A stretch of DNA of 63,683 bases, filler included, from Conidiobolus incongruus B7586 (lineage: Eukaryota): assembly GCA_000697335.1 (NCBI GenBank). It is 49 parts of 49 records of this genome, joined end to end, with 100 filler letters (N's around TTAATTAATTAA, not from the genome) between each part and the next. Parts side by side here need not be neighbours in the genome. Positions count along the whole stretch, not along the records: positions 40,503 to 41,787 come from JNEM01001577.1; positions 41,888 to 42,917 come from JNEM01001578.1; positions 43,018 to 44,213 come from JNEM01001579.1; positions 44,314 to 45,398 come from JNEM01001580.1; positions 45,499 to 46,742 come from JNEM01001581.1; positions 46,843 to 47,860 come from JNEM01001582.1; positions 47,961 to 48,995 come from JNEM01001583.1; positions 49,096 to 50,455 come from JNEM01001584.1; 41 more parts are not named here. One strand, given 5' to 3'. This document shows, one piece after another, positions 41,645-55,454 of the stretch. The position numbers and the translations under genes were made by a program. Position 1 is the stretch's first letter; every line of letters begins with the position of its first letter. Under the pieces are notes generated by a model. The model was not told the DNA's origin and did not search any database. It worked only from the letters and a program-made list of their open reading frames with translations.

Positions 41645-41939
41645 TTTTTAATTTTTTTTTATGGAATTTTATAAATTATATAATTATCTTATAAAAATAC
41701 AAATAGAAATATATAATGTTTAAAAGTTTTATAAAACTTGTTATTTATTAATTACCTTTTAAAAATCAAGTAAAATATTTAATTTATNNNNNNNNNNNNN
41801 NNNNNNNNNNNNNNNNNNNNNNNNNNNNNNNTTAATTAATTAANNNNNNNNNNNNNNNNNNNNNNNNNNNNNNNNNNNNNNNNNNNNTTAATATTTATCT
41901 TAATTTTAATTTTAATATAAAAAATTATAATAGAATTAA

Positions 41940-42917
41940 AATATTAGCTGTAACCTTCACAGAATATAGTAAACACCTTATTCTCATTATAAACACCAAT
42001 AATAAATTTAAAATTATCTTAATACAAATTAAGTTTATTATTATCAAATTATATTTTATTTTATCTCCTTAAGTTAAATTTATAAAAATAATCCTTTAGC
42101 TCAATAAATATTTATTAGAAATAGATCTTAAGTTCTTCATTAAAGTTTATATTTAATTAAAAAGAATTGATTATAAAAACCTTTATTGATTGTAAAATTA
42201 ATATTAACATAATTTTTAAGAATAAAATAAAGTTTTAATAATATTTTATTATAAAGATTTTATGATAAGCTACTAAATAATAACTTATCAAGAAATAAAA
42301 ACCTAAGTTAAAATTAATATTCCTATATATAATATCAAAATTATTCCTTTTAAAGTAAATTTTTAAGTTATTAACTCATCAATTATAAATATTTTATTAA
42401 GTCATTGGTTCTTGGAAAAGAAGAAAATCTTAATTAATTTAGCTACTAATATTTTTATTATTTTTTAAATAATAAACCTTAATTTTATTAAGTTATTATT
42501 AATTAAAAAAACACTAAGATGATAAAATTAAAATTAATCTTTTATTAACTTTTCATTTAGTAATACCTATAAAAAAAGTTATTTTTTTGAGAAAAAAAAA
42601 GATAAAAAAATTAAAATTTAATATTAAGTTTTAATAAAGAGGAAATTTCAATATTTCTCTATTATTATATTTATCTAATAATATTCTTTTTTTATAAACT
42701 CCTTGGTATAAATAAAATTGAATTTTTTATTCTATTAATTATTAATCTATATATTTTATGTAATTATAATACTTTTAGAATTTTAGTTTTTTAATAAAAT
42801 AAAATAAAGAGATAGAAAAATATTTTAAAGGAAAAGTTATTTAATATATTAATTCTAAATAGAGTTTTAAAAAAGTTATTATATTAATGAAAAATTTAAA
42901 AATAAGTATATATGTGA
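41940..42917 (+). mobile_element. Ty3/Gypsy protease to RT N-terminus relic
   Basis: TFIDCKININII (ALIDCGA-type, ~42180), ILLSHWFLEK (ILG..WL-type, ~42395), and NSK*SF...ISIYV (S.W.SP...R.CVD-type) at the contig end. Confidence 0.65.
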
Positions 42918-43499
42918 NNNNNNNNNNNNNNNNNNNNNNNNNNNNNNNNNNNNNNNNNNNNTTAATTAATTAANNNNNNNNNNNNNNNNNNNNNNNNNNN
43001 NNNNNNNNNNNNNNNNNATTTCAAATTAAAAAAATCATATATATTTATTATTTTTTTAAATATCATTCAAATTTGATTCAAAATATATAAAATAACAATG
43101 AATTAAATTTTAATATAAAAAAATAATTTTTACATTTAATATATTATTTTTTGATCTATTTATTTAATATTTTTTTTTTATTAATCAAAATAGAATATTA
43201 TATAATTTTGAATTGGTTAATGAATTTAAAATATAAATCAAATTATTTGATCATTTAATAAATATTTAAAAATTTTAAATCAAATATAATAGTTTATCTT
43301 TCTATTATATTAATATTGAAAAAAATTCAAAAATAATTACTATATAATATTATAATATAAGTATGGAAATTTTTTAATTTTTTATTTGTTAAATTTTAAT
43401 CTTTGAAAACCTACTATATATTTATAAAAACGTATAATATATAAAATAAATTTGATTATAAAAGATCTTAAACTATATATTTATTCTGATTAATTATTT

Positions 43500-44213
43500 T
43501 GTTAACAATTTTTAATTTAATAATTTATACTTAAATTAAATTATATTGAAACCAGTTAGTGATTGTCATAAGGTTTTGATTTTTATAACTTTAAAATTCA
43601 ACCATAATCCATTTAAAATCATTTTAAACTTTCTATTATCTTATTAAGGTGGTGGTTGACCTAAAATATCATATATCATTGGATTTGTGATTTTACAGTA
43701 TCGAGTGATATAATTTAAAATATCTTAAAATCTAAAATTTTTTTTAAATTAAATTTTTTATTGTTTAATATTTCAAAATTATATTAACAAATATTCTGTT
43801 ATTTTAGCTAATTAATTATAAAATTGATTCAATATATATTATCATATTATATTAAATATATTTAAATTTGAAATTGAATTAGTTAATATATAAAATAAAA
43901 GCATAAATGAAAATAAAATAATTATAGCTAAACTAAACATTTAAAATATAACATGAAAAGGTTTATATTATAGATGTTGATAAGAATAAATTTTGGATTC
44001 TGTTATATAATTCTTTATCCAATAATAAAATAAATTTTGGGTCAAGACAAATTAATCCCTTTTATTAATTGCAATAACAATATATTAATAAAAGAGAATA
44101 TTGATTATTAAAGAAATATATAATAATATATGGTCATTTTAATTAATAATTTAAGCAAAATCAATTGAAAATAAATTATATATCATTATTTCAAATAATA
44201 TAATTTTAAACAA
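43500..44213 (+). mobile_element. Old diverged mariner fragment
   Basis: ATATATCATTGGATTTGTGATTTT is identical to the IYHWICDF segment of the 45499-46730 copy. Confidence 0.7.
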
Positions 44214-44313
44214 NNNNNNNNNNNNNNNNNNNNNNNNNNNNNNNNNNNNNNNNNNNNTTAATTAATTAANNNNNNNNNNNNNNNNNNNNNNNNNNNNNNN
44301 NNNNNNNNNNNNN

Positions 44314-45030
44314 AAAATAATGGGAAATTTTTTAATTTTTGATTTTTCAAAATATATTATTAGTTTGATAAAAATAAATATATATAAAGTTAATAGGAAA
44401 TTATATATTTTTAATATATATATGTATATAATAATTTTTTGATTAAAAAATTAACTTTTTAAAATTAGTTGTTTAATTTAATAATGTTTAAATTAATTAA
44501 TAATTATTAAAAGTTTTTTATTTTAGTTTTAGTAAAACTTAACCATAAACCCTTTAAAATTACTTAATATTTACAAATAGCTTTTGATAGTAAAATATTA
44601 TCTAAATCAACAATTTATTATTAGGTAAATTACTTTAAAGCTAAAAAAAACTATCTAAAGCCTATTATAAAGCCTATTAAAATCTAAAAAACTAATTTCA
44701 ACTGTTACTCTTTCAATTGTTAATAAAGTAAAAATATATATTAAAAAGCATTTTTGTTATTTCAGTAAGAGAATTATCTAAGCACTTTAATATTAGTTTT
44801 ACAAATATTTTATATATATTAAAGTTTAAACTCAAATTAATAAATAAAAATATAAAATAAGTAGCTTATAATTTAACTCAAGCTTAAAAAAAGCTAGAAT
44901 AGTTATTGCTAAATAATACTTACTAAACTATTACTAAAAGCTTAAACTTTTATAGCAAATAATTGTAATTGATGAATTTTAAATCTTTATATATAATCCT
45001 TTACTAAAACACAAATTAAAATACTAAATT
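44314..45030 (+). mobile_element. mariner relic, 5' part, truncated by an insertion
   Basis: 5' TIR AAATAATGGGAAATTTT; homology stops abruptly after YNPLLKHK. Confidence 0.9.
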
Positions 45031-45398
45031 AATATCAAAGATAAATAAATATAAATTAACTATAGGCTTAAATAGCTTTATATAATATTCCCTAAAAGTG
45101 TTGATGATAAGAAATATTATCACCATTATTAAAATTTTATAACCTATTTTTAAATTCTAAGTATAAGTTTTAACCCTCTATAGAAAAAATTTAATATAAA
45201 CAATATACTATATAATATAAGATATAATTAAATTAAAAGTAAAGGAAAAAGAATACCATCTTTTTTAATTTTATTAGGTATAGATTTACTAATTTGCTAA
45301 TTCCACATTATAACTATTTTTTCAAAAACCTTAAATAAAATTTTATATTTTCTTTTTTAATTATAGTCAATATATTTTATTAATAAAAAAAATAAATA
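45031..45398 (-). mobile_element. Probable LINE RT C-terminal fragment
   Basis: Minus strand has a YLG-like TACTTAGAA (~45160) followed by ILYKAI...PIV (~45085-45055). Confidence 0.35.
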
Positions 45399-45498
45399 NN
45401 NNNNNNNNNNNNNNNNNNNNNNNNNNNNNNNNNNNNNNNNNNTTAATTAATTAANNNNNNNNNNNNNNNNNNNNNNNNNNNNNNNNNNNNNNNNNNNN

Positions 45499-46730
45499 GA
45501 ATAATATAAAATTAATAACGTCCTTTATTATTAATAACTCTTTTTTATATTTTTGATAAGATTTTAATATCTAAAAAATATTTCCTTTTATTAAGGACTG
45601 AAATTTAATATTCTACAAATTAATTTAATTTGTTGGTAAGAATATTTTTTTGTTACTTATTTTTTTAATTATTTAAAACAATTATAATCATTATGGGTTA
45701 TAATTAGGTGAATATAGCAGATATAGTAACTCCCTTCATTTATTTATAAAAAGAATCTTTTATAGCTTTAGTTATATATTTTTTGGAATTATTATGAAAA
45801 ATAATAGTTATCCTTAATTTATATTAAAAATATTGTTTAGAAATTGTTTTATTTAAAAAAAATAATATATAATTTATTATTAATTGATTTTCCTTGAGAT
45901 ATTGAATAAAAAAACCATATAATATTATAATCCATTATAATAATTAACATTTGCTTATATTCAAAATACTTATTTATTAGAATTTATAAAAAGGATTGAT
46001 TTAACTTTACTTAACATCTAATTTTGTTTTTAGATAAAAGATTATATAAAGAAATCCAAGATTTATTAATTACAAGTATTTATTATAAAAATCTTTATTT
46101 TTGGTTATATTTTAATAAATATACTTTAGCTATAACTACTTAAGTTTTCTTTTAGGCTTTTGTTCAATTATAAGATTTCTATTTTATATTATTATTAATT
46201 TATCCAAGTTTAAACTTATGTAAATATAATATGCGTATATAATTAATATTAAATTGTTTTAATAAATCTCCCAGCAGAAATAAAAAGATATTTCTTAATA
46301 TATTTTTTTATTTTATTAGTAAATAAAAGAGTAATAATAGAAATTAATCTTTTAGATTTTAATAAATTTTGAATATTATCCTTTCTAGCTTTAAAATCAC
46401 AAATCCAATGATATATGGTAGTTTTAGATAAAACACCATCTTCATAAGCTATTTGCAAGTTTTAGATGATTTTAGAGGATTTATAGTTAAGTTTTAAAGA
46501 TACAAAAATAAAAGCCTTTTGATAATCATAATTTAATTTAAATATGATTAAATCTAAGTATAACTTTTAAAATTAAAATATTTTAATAAAAAAATTATAA
46601 TTAAATATAAATATATAATTTGAAAATATTTATTTTGTTATATATTTATATACAAAATCTTTCAAAATATATAATATATTTAAAAAATCAGAAATTAAAA
46701 AATTTGCTATTTTCTATTTTTTATTTTAAT
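45499..46730 (-). mobile_element. mariner relic (second subfamily)
   Basis: Contains ORF 46249..46458, QIAYEDGVLSKTTIYHWICDFKA, a Mos1-like HTH. Confidence 0.92.
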
Positions 46731-46842
46731 AATTTAATTAAANNNNNNNNNNNNNNNNNNNNNNNNNNNNNNNNNNNNNNNNNNNNTTAATTAATTAANN
46801 NNNNNNNNNNNNNNNNNNNNNNNNNNNNNNNNNNNNNNNNNN

Positions 46843-47860
46843 AACTTAACCATAAACCCTCTAAAATTATTCAAAATTTATAAATAGCTTTTGATAATAA
46901 AGTATAATCTAAATCAACTATTTATCACTAAAAAATCTATTTTAAGATTAAAAAGGAAATTATCTAAAACTTTTTAAAATCTAAAAGACTAATTTTAACT
47001 ATCATTTCGTTAATTATTAATAAAATAAAAAAATATATTTAAAATTACCTTTCTATTTTATTAAAAAATTATATAAAATTTTAATATTAGTCTTATAAGT
47101 ATTCTATATATATTTAATTTTAAATTTAAATTAATAAATAAAAATATAAAATAGAGATTTTATAACTTAACTAAAGCTTAAAATAAGCTAAAATAGCTAT
47201 TATTAAATAAAACTTACTGAAATACTACCAGAAACCTAAGCTTATATAGCAAATAATTATAATTAATAAATTTGAAATCCTTATATATAATCTTTTATCA
47301 AAATACAAATCAAAATACTAGATTAAGCTAGATTAACTGTTTTTTAAAATCCTTCTAAATAAGTATTTTATTAATAAATAAGTGGTAATTATTATAATGG
47401 GTTATAATATTATATATTATTTTTATTTAGTTCTTGAAAGAAAAATAATTTAATAATAACTTTATATTACTTTTTTAAATGAAAGAACTTTTAATTATTG
47501 CTCTAAGTATAATATAAGAAAATCTGTTTTTTATATAATAATTTCAAAATATATAAATTTAAAACTATAAAAAATTTTCTAATTAAAAATAATTAGAAAG
47601 AAATACCATATCTAATAAATTTCCTAGATTATAACCCATATGATTATAATTGCTTTAAGTAATTAACGAACCAATTTATAATAGAAAAAATTTAATTAGT
47701 TTGTAAAATATAAAATTTCAATTTTTAATAAAAAGAATTAATTATAGATATTAGAAGTTTATCAAATATATGGCAAAAAATTATTAATAATAAAAAAGAT
47801 TTTTAAATATATATTATATATTAAAGTATTTGTTTATTTTTAATCACAAAAAACTCCCAT
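46843..47860 (+). mobile_element. mariner relic running into the 3' TIR
   Basis: DYNPYDY motif; ends AAAAACTCCCAT. Confidence 0.9.
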
Positions 47861-47960
47861 NNNNNNNNNNNNNNNNNNNNNNNNNNNNNNNNNNNNNNNN
47901 NNNNTTAATTAATTAANNNNNNNNNNNNNNNNNNNNNNNNNNNNNNNNNNNNNNNNNNNN

Positions 47961-48995
47961 AAATTAATATATAATATAAATTTAATAGTTCTTTTATTAT
48001 TAATAACTTTTTAATATACTTTTAGCAAAATTCTAACATCTAAAAAATAATTATTTTATTATAGACTAAAATTTGACATTTCATAAACTAATTAAATTTT
48101 TTTATAAAAATTTTCTTTCCTACTAGCTAGTTTTTTAATTACCTAAAGCAATTATAATTATATAGGATATAATCTAAAGAATATACTAGATATGGTAGTT
48201 TTTTCCAGTTATTTTTAATTAGAAAGTTTTTTATTATTTTAGATTTATATATTTTATAATTATTATGCAAAATAATAGGTTTTCTCAAATTATATTAAAA
48301 ACACCAATTAAAAGTACTTTTATTTAAATAAATAATATAAAGTTTACTACTAATTGATTTTCCTTTAGAAACTAAATAAAAGTAGCATATAGTATTATAA
48401 CCCATTATAATAATTAATATTAATTTATTAACAAAATGTTTATTTAAACGGATTTGTGAAAGGGGTTAATTTAGCTTAATCTATCATTTTGATTTATGTT
48501 TTAATAAAGGATTATATATAAAAATTTAAGATTCATCAATTATTATTATTTATTTTAAAGGTTTAAGCTTCTAGTAATATTTTAGTAAGTTTTGTTTAAT
48601 AATAACTACTCTAGCTTTTTTAAGCTTTAGTTAAATTATAAGGTATTTATTTTATATTTTTATTTATTAATTTGAGTTTAAACTTTAATATATATAAAAT
48701 ACTTATAAGATTAATATTAAAGTACTTAGATAATTTTTAGTTGAAATAAAAAAATACTTTTTAATATATTTTTTCAATTTATTAAAAATTAAAAAAAATA
48801 ACAATTGAAGTTAATCTTTTAAATTTTAACAAATTTTAAATAATTTTAGAGGGTTTATAATTAAGTTTTATTGATACAAAAATAAAGGACTTTTGATGAT
48901 CATTATTTAATTTAGGTATAATTAAATTAAATAACTAATTTAAAATGTTAATTTTTTAATCAAAAAAATTATTATATATATATATTAAAAATATA
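47961..48995 (-). mobile_element. mariner relic with internal deletion
   Basis: Family homology; about 90 bp missing near 48835. Confidence 0.9.
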
Positions 48996-49095
48996 NNNNN
49001 NNNNNNNNNNNNNNNNNNNNNNNNNNNNNNNNNNNNNNNTTAATTAATTAANNNNNNNNNNNNNNNNNNNNNNNNNNNNNNNNNNNNNNNNNNNN

Positions 49096-50455
49096 TAAAT
49101 AATAATTTTATTTTAAAAATTAATTAAACTAGTTATATTATACTAAGTTTATTTGTTTCTAATATAAATTCTTTGGCAAAATTAAATTTTTTTATAATAA
49201 TATAATATGATAAATATATAAAATCAAAATATAATCTATATTTTAATATATAGTAAATATTAACCATTAATTAAAGCTAAATACCTATTATCTTAATTAA
49301 GTAAATTATTTCTATATTCCTTAAAATATAATTTAATAGTTTATATCAAATAATCAATTTGAAAATATTAACACAAATTCTCCAAATATACAGGATTGTA
49401 TACTTTAAATCGTTTATTATTTAGATATAATAAATAATATTTCTTTCAAGTCGATTACCTTTTATAGAATATCTTTAATAAGAAATTTACGTTAAATATA
49501 TGCTATAGCTAGATAAAACTTAAGGATAGAATTTAAATTAAATATTATATGCTTATATTAATAAAGTTGAAAAAGAGCTATTTCAGACCTTATAATAACC
49601 ATTTAAATTATTAAATATGATATAAGAAAAGCAATTGGTAAATTATACTCTTTCTCTTTTTTATTTAAATTTTTAACATAAATATTACTCAAGTTTATAA
49701 AAATACTTAATTTAAAAAAATACTATAATGATATTTTGATAGTTGTGATATAATACTCTATATTTATTTTACTCATATCAACAATTTAGCAATAATATTC
49801 CAAATTATTAACTTACTAATTAAAATTGTAATCTTAATATATATTACCCGTCATTATTAATATTAACATAAACTTAAAATTTACTTTTAATTTCTTAAAT
49901 TTTTTTACACAAAGATATAAACTTTACAACAAAGTTTAACTTTATTTATAATTACTAATTAAATAGACTTCTTAAACATTTATTAAGAGTTTTAAAGAAA
50001 GTATCAAATATTATTTTAATTATAATTATAATAATTAAGAATTCACTCTAATATTTTTAAATTTTGATTATAAATATATATTTAATTAATTTGGTATTTA
50101 AATTAAAAATTTTTTAAATAAAAAATATCTTTAAATCTAAAGATAAACCCTAACTTAGACTATATTACCTGAATTTTTCGAGGATGAATTAATAAAATAT
50201 AAACTAATTATTCAAATAATATTGCCATAAACTTAATTAAAATAAATATAAAATTCAAACTTTGATTTAAAATTTTATAAATCAATTTTGAAATTTTAAC
50301 CTAATTACTTAGTTTTATTAAATATAAAATATATAGTTCTTTCCAAGAAAATATTAAAAAATATTCTAAATCAAAAGGTTTCATTATATTGGATAAAAGT
50401 ATTTTATATTATAATCAGAAATAAATAAATAGTAAATATTTTAATATTTGATTTT
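49096..50455 (+). mobile_element. Ty3/Gypsy RNase H end to integrase core relic
   Basis: LAKLNFFII (~49173), ILIVV (~49733) and LPVIININI..KFTFNF (LP..IVSDRD.KFTS.FW-type, ~49845), in the expected order. Confidence 0.65.
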
Positions 50456-50555
50456 NNNNNNNNNNNNNNNNNNNNNNNNNNNNNNNNNNNNNNNNNNNNT
50501 TAATTAATTAANNNNNNNNNNNNNNNNNNNNNNNNNNNNNNNNNNNNNNNNNNNN

Positions 50556-51710
50556 AATAATTTTTTAAAATTTATTATTTAATTTAAATATATTTAAATT
50601 AAATAATGATTATCAAAAGTCTTTTATTTTAGTATTAGCAAAATTTAACCATAAACTATCAAAAATCATTTACAATTAATAAGCATCTTTTAGTAAAAAA
50701 GTATTATCTAAATCAATAATTTATTAATAGGTAAATTATTTTAAAGCTAAGTAAAAAACTATCTAAAACCAATCAAAATTTAAAAAACTAATTTTAACTA
50801 TCATTTTTCTAATTATTAATAAAATAAAAAAATATATTGAAAAGCATTCTTATATTTTTAGCTAGAGAATAATCAAGACAATTTAATATTAGTTATATAA
50901 GTATTTTATATATATCAAAGTTTAAATTAAAATTAATTAATAAAAATATAAAATAAGTACTTTATAACTCAACTAAAGCTCAAAAAAAGCTAGAGTAGCT
51001 ATTGCTAAATAAAACTTACTATGGTATAACTAAAGACTAAGGCTTTTACAATAAATTATTATAATTGATGAATCCTAGGTTTTTTTATATAAACCTTTAC
51101 CAAAATATAAATCAAAATGTTGGATTAAACTAAATCAACCCTTTTTATAAATTTTTTTAAATAAATACTTTGTTGATAAGCAAATGCTAATTATTGCAAT
51201 AAATTATAATAATATATGCCATTTTTATTTAATTCCTAAAGAAAAATCAATTAATAGTAAATTTTATATTTTTTAAATAAAGTTATTTCAAATTAGTATT
51301 TTTAATATAATTTGAGAAAATCTATTATTTTGCATAATAATTGCAAAATATATAAATCTAAAGCTATAAAAAACTTTCTAATTAAAAATAACTGGAAGAG
51401 ACTACCATATCTAGTATATTCTTTAGATTATAACCCATATGATTATAGTTGTTTAGGGTAATTAAAAAATAACTTATAGGAAAGAAAATTTTTGCAAGAA
51501 AATTTAATTGGTTTGTGAAATATTAAATATTAGTTTTTAATAAAAAGAACTATTTTTTAAATATTAGATCTTTTCTAAAAATATAACAAAAAGTTATTAA
51601 AAATAAAAAAAATTATTAATTTTATATTATATATATATTTTTATTTTTTATATATTAAAATATATATTTTTTTAATCATAAAAGATTCCTATTATTTAAA
51701 TTACTAAGTA
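50556..51710 (+). mobile_element. mariner (DD34D) relic
   Basis: LHN(D)NCKI...WKRLPYLVYSLDYNPYD gives 34 residues between the second and third Asp. Confidence 0.92.
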
Positions 51711-52569
51711 ATAAGATTATTTGAATTTTAAATATATTTTAAATTTAATTATTCTTTTATTATTATTTTTAATAAATTNNNNNNNNNNNNNNNNNNNNNN
51801 NNNNNNNNNNNNNNNNNNNNNNTTAATTAATTAANNNNNNNNNNNNNNNNNNNNNNNNNNNNNNNNNNNNNNNNNNNNGTTTTGTATATTTAATAATATT
51901 AATGAAATATTGATTTAAACAAATAAGTTATAGAATTAAATATGCTTTTTTTATTATAAGTTATATAATTAAATCCTAATTATATCAATTAAAAGAAGAT
52001 ATTAATATTAGGTAATATTTAGTATTATTGTTTCATTATAATGGGTTAATTAAATTCAATATATTATTTTTTAAAAATTTTAATTTTTGGTTTAAATTTA
52101 TTAAATTATCCATATTTTAATTTTAATTAAAAAAATAAAGCTTTTATATATTTATATTTTTTATAACTGATTTGTTATTTTATAATATAATATTAATTTT
52201 CTTCTATATTGTTGTATTTCAAAATTTATCATTCCTTCCAGTTTGATAGTTAAACCAATATTATTTCTATTTTAAACTAGCTTTGTCAGTTTATAATTGA
52301 AGGATACTTTTTGTTCTCTTTATATTCTTTATTAGATTTTTTCCAAACCCTATATTATTCATTGATTTAATTATTTAAACCCAACAGTGATAAAGATAGA
52401 GAGAAAGTTTTTTTTTATTTTTGGATATTCTGCTATAACACCTCAACAGTAAATTTTCAAATCTATAGTCCCAATATATTAAAAATAGGATTAATAAATA
52501 ATTTACTAAATCATATTTTAAGTACTTTTCTAACTACAATCTTTATTTATAAAACTTAATATAAAAACA

Positions 52570-53042
52570 CAACAATATATAAAATTTTAATTATTTAATA
52601 TAAATTTATATTATTAAATATTAATTAAGTTATTAGTAGAAATATAGGTGTTTTTGATTTTATAACTCACTTTTATAGGTTAGTATATATTATTTTATTT
52701 AAAACTGATAATATATTTGAAAATCAGAGATTAAAGAATATTATATTAAATATCATTTATATTTTAAAAAAAAATTAATTAAAAAAGTTATTTTATAAAA
52801 TAAAGTAAAAGTTTGAATTTTTTAATTAAAGTTATATTAAAATTGATTCAAATAATGTTATTTAATCTAATCAAAAAAATTTAAAAAAATTTAATAAAAA
52901 AGCTAAATATTTTGATAAAAAACTACTTTATAGCTATCATGGTATTTTAATAATAAAAGATAATAATAAATTAACTCTAATTTAACAATATATATTATCT
53001 CTTAATATAAAATATTTTGTAAAATTTATAAAAAAATTAAAA
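52570..53042 (+). mobile_element. Tc1-like fragments (3' terminus to ~52685, then an internal piece)
   Basis: ATAACTCACTTTTATAGGTTAGTA|TA terminus; AAAAAAGCTAAATATTTT internal match. Confidence 0.7.
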
Positions 53043-53774
53043 NNNNNNNNNNNNNNNNNNNNNNNNNNNNNNNNNNNNNNNNNNNNTTAATTAATTAANN
53101 NNNNNNNNNNNNNNNNNNNNNNNNNNNNNNNNNNNNNNNNNNATATATATAATAAAATAATATGAGCTTAATTATTAATTAGATTTAATATCAAATAATA
53201 AAAATCTTAACTTTAATTATTATCATGACTTTGCTTGTTAAAAAAACAAAACTTACGATTTAAGTTTACTTCTATTTTGTTTTATCATATATAGATATGA
53301 TAATGGAAATATTGAAGTTAATTTTATCAAATTTTTTAAAACGATTTGAACATGAATACATTTTTTGATAATTGTTATCAGCTAGCCGCTCTATTTAATC
53401 ATTGTATGCACTTTTGTAATCATTCTGCTGTATTTACCCACACGTGACTTGACAAGCATATCGCATACAGACATCCCATAGCTTATGTAACGAAACAACC
53501 CTTTATAACTTTTGTATATAATGGACTAATATAAACTTAAATAAACAAGGCTTCATTCATACACATCTAAATACATAAGCTCGTCATTGGCTTATCCCAC
53601 GTCATCTACGATCACAGTAATACTATAAAATTAATGAGTGAAAAGTTTGAGCATTAATTAAATATCTGGTATTATAATAAGAAAATTATATTGATAATTA
53701 ATTTTTATTATATTAGCTAATTTTTAAAGTTGATATTTTATTTACAAAAATAAAATAAGTATATTTTTCAAAAA

Positions 53775-54203
53775 TTATCATAAAATTAAAAAATTGGGAA
53801 ATTTTTCGAATATATTATTTATTAGTTTCATAAAAAAATATATATATCCAAAATAAATAGGAAAATAAATAATTTTAAACTATATATAGATATATAATGT
53901 TTTTTTTTATAAAAAAATAACTTAAAAATTTATTGTTTAATGTAATCATACTTAAATTGAATAATGATCATCAAAAGTGTTATATTTTAATATTAATAAT
54001 ACTTAATCATAAGTCTTTTAAAATCATTTAATATTTACAAAATAATGCTATATCTAAATCAGCTATTTATTATTAGATAAATTATTTTAAAATTAATAAG
54101 TTATTTAAAATTTAATAAAATATAAAAAAATAATTTTAATTATTACTCTCTTAATTATTAATAAAATAATATATATTGAGAAATAAATTTTAATTTAATT
54201 AAA
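53775..54203 (+). mobile_element. mariner 5' fragment
   Basis: AAAATTAAAAAATTGGGAAATTTTT TIR followed by family 5' sequence. Confidence 0.8.
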
Positions 54204-55454
54204 NNNNNNNNNNNNNNNNNNNNNNNNNNNNNNNNNNNNNNNNNNNNTTAATTAATTAANNNNNNNNNNNNNNNNNNNNNNNNNNNNNNNNNNNNNNNNN
54301 NNNAAAATAATTTTATTTTAATTTTAATTATATTATTTAACTTGGAAAATAAAAATTCAAATCAAGTTTTTAAAATATTAAAAAAATAAAATTAAAAATA
54401 TATATTATATTAATACATTGTAATTTCAATTATATTACAATATAATGATTCTAAGGTAAATATCTATTTTAATAATCTTTTTTTTCAAATTTTCAAAAAT
54501 TATAATATTTATCTAAAAATTCAAAATATTTTAATTATTAAAAATAAATGAAAATTTAAATAAAGATCAATAATTCATAATATTATAATCTTTATTTTTA
54601 TTATCTATTATATAATTATTAAATATATTAATTTTGTTTTATTATTTAATACCTTTGAAGTCATATTAATGATTTAATATTTGTAAATATTTCTATAAAC
54701 TCTAAGTTATATTTATAAGAAAAAAATATTTGAAATATTTATAAATTAAATAATGGCATTGTTATTAAGGTTTATTTTTACTTAAAATATTACTATTATT
54801 AATGATATAACTATATACCATAATTTCATTATTTTTTCCATTATAAAATATCAGAAAAGAATTGAGAAGCTATTTTAAATAATTAGTAATTCAAAGTAAT
54901 TCGTGGTAATATTTATGAAGTATTCAATTTTACTTAAGCATATAGGGTGATTATAATTTGAATTTTTCTATAGTCGAATTTTAATATATATCAATAGATA
55001 AACTATATTAATTAGTTATATTATAGTATTTTGCATATATAAACTAATATTTTGACTCTTTTTTCATAAATATCAATCATTTCTAAACATATTGAATAAA
55101 TTGAAAATTAAATATTTAGGAAATATTGGCTTATATTATAAAAGCAATGATTATATAATTTCTTCTTTTTTATATAAATTATCGGCTTTAAAAATGTTTT
55201 ATTAAATATAAAATATATAGAAGAATTGATATTATTAAAATATAAATATTTATTTATAATTTTTTTCATTTTAATATTTTTATTCAAAGAATTAAATTTA
55301 AATTTAATTAAATATAAATAACGTTAATAAAAGATTAGTTATTAAAATTCTTATNNNNNNNNNNNNNNNNNNNNNNNNNNNNNNNNNNNNNNNNNNNNTT
55401 AATTAATTAANNNNNNNNNNNNNNNNNNNNNNNNNNNNNNNNNNNNNNNNNNNN

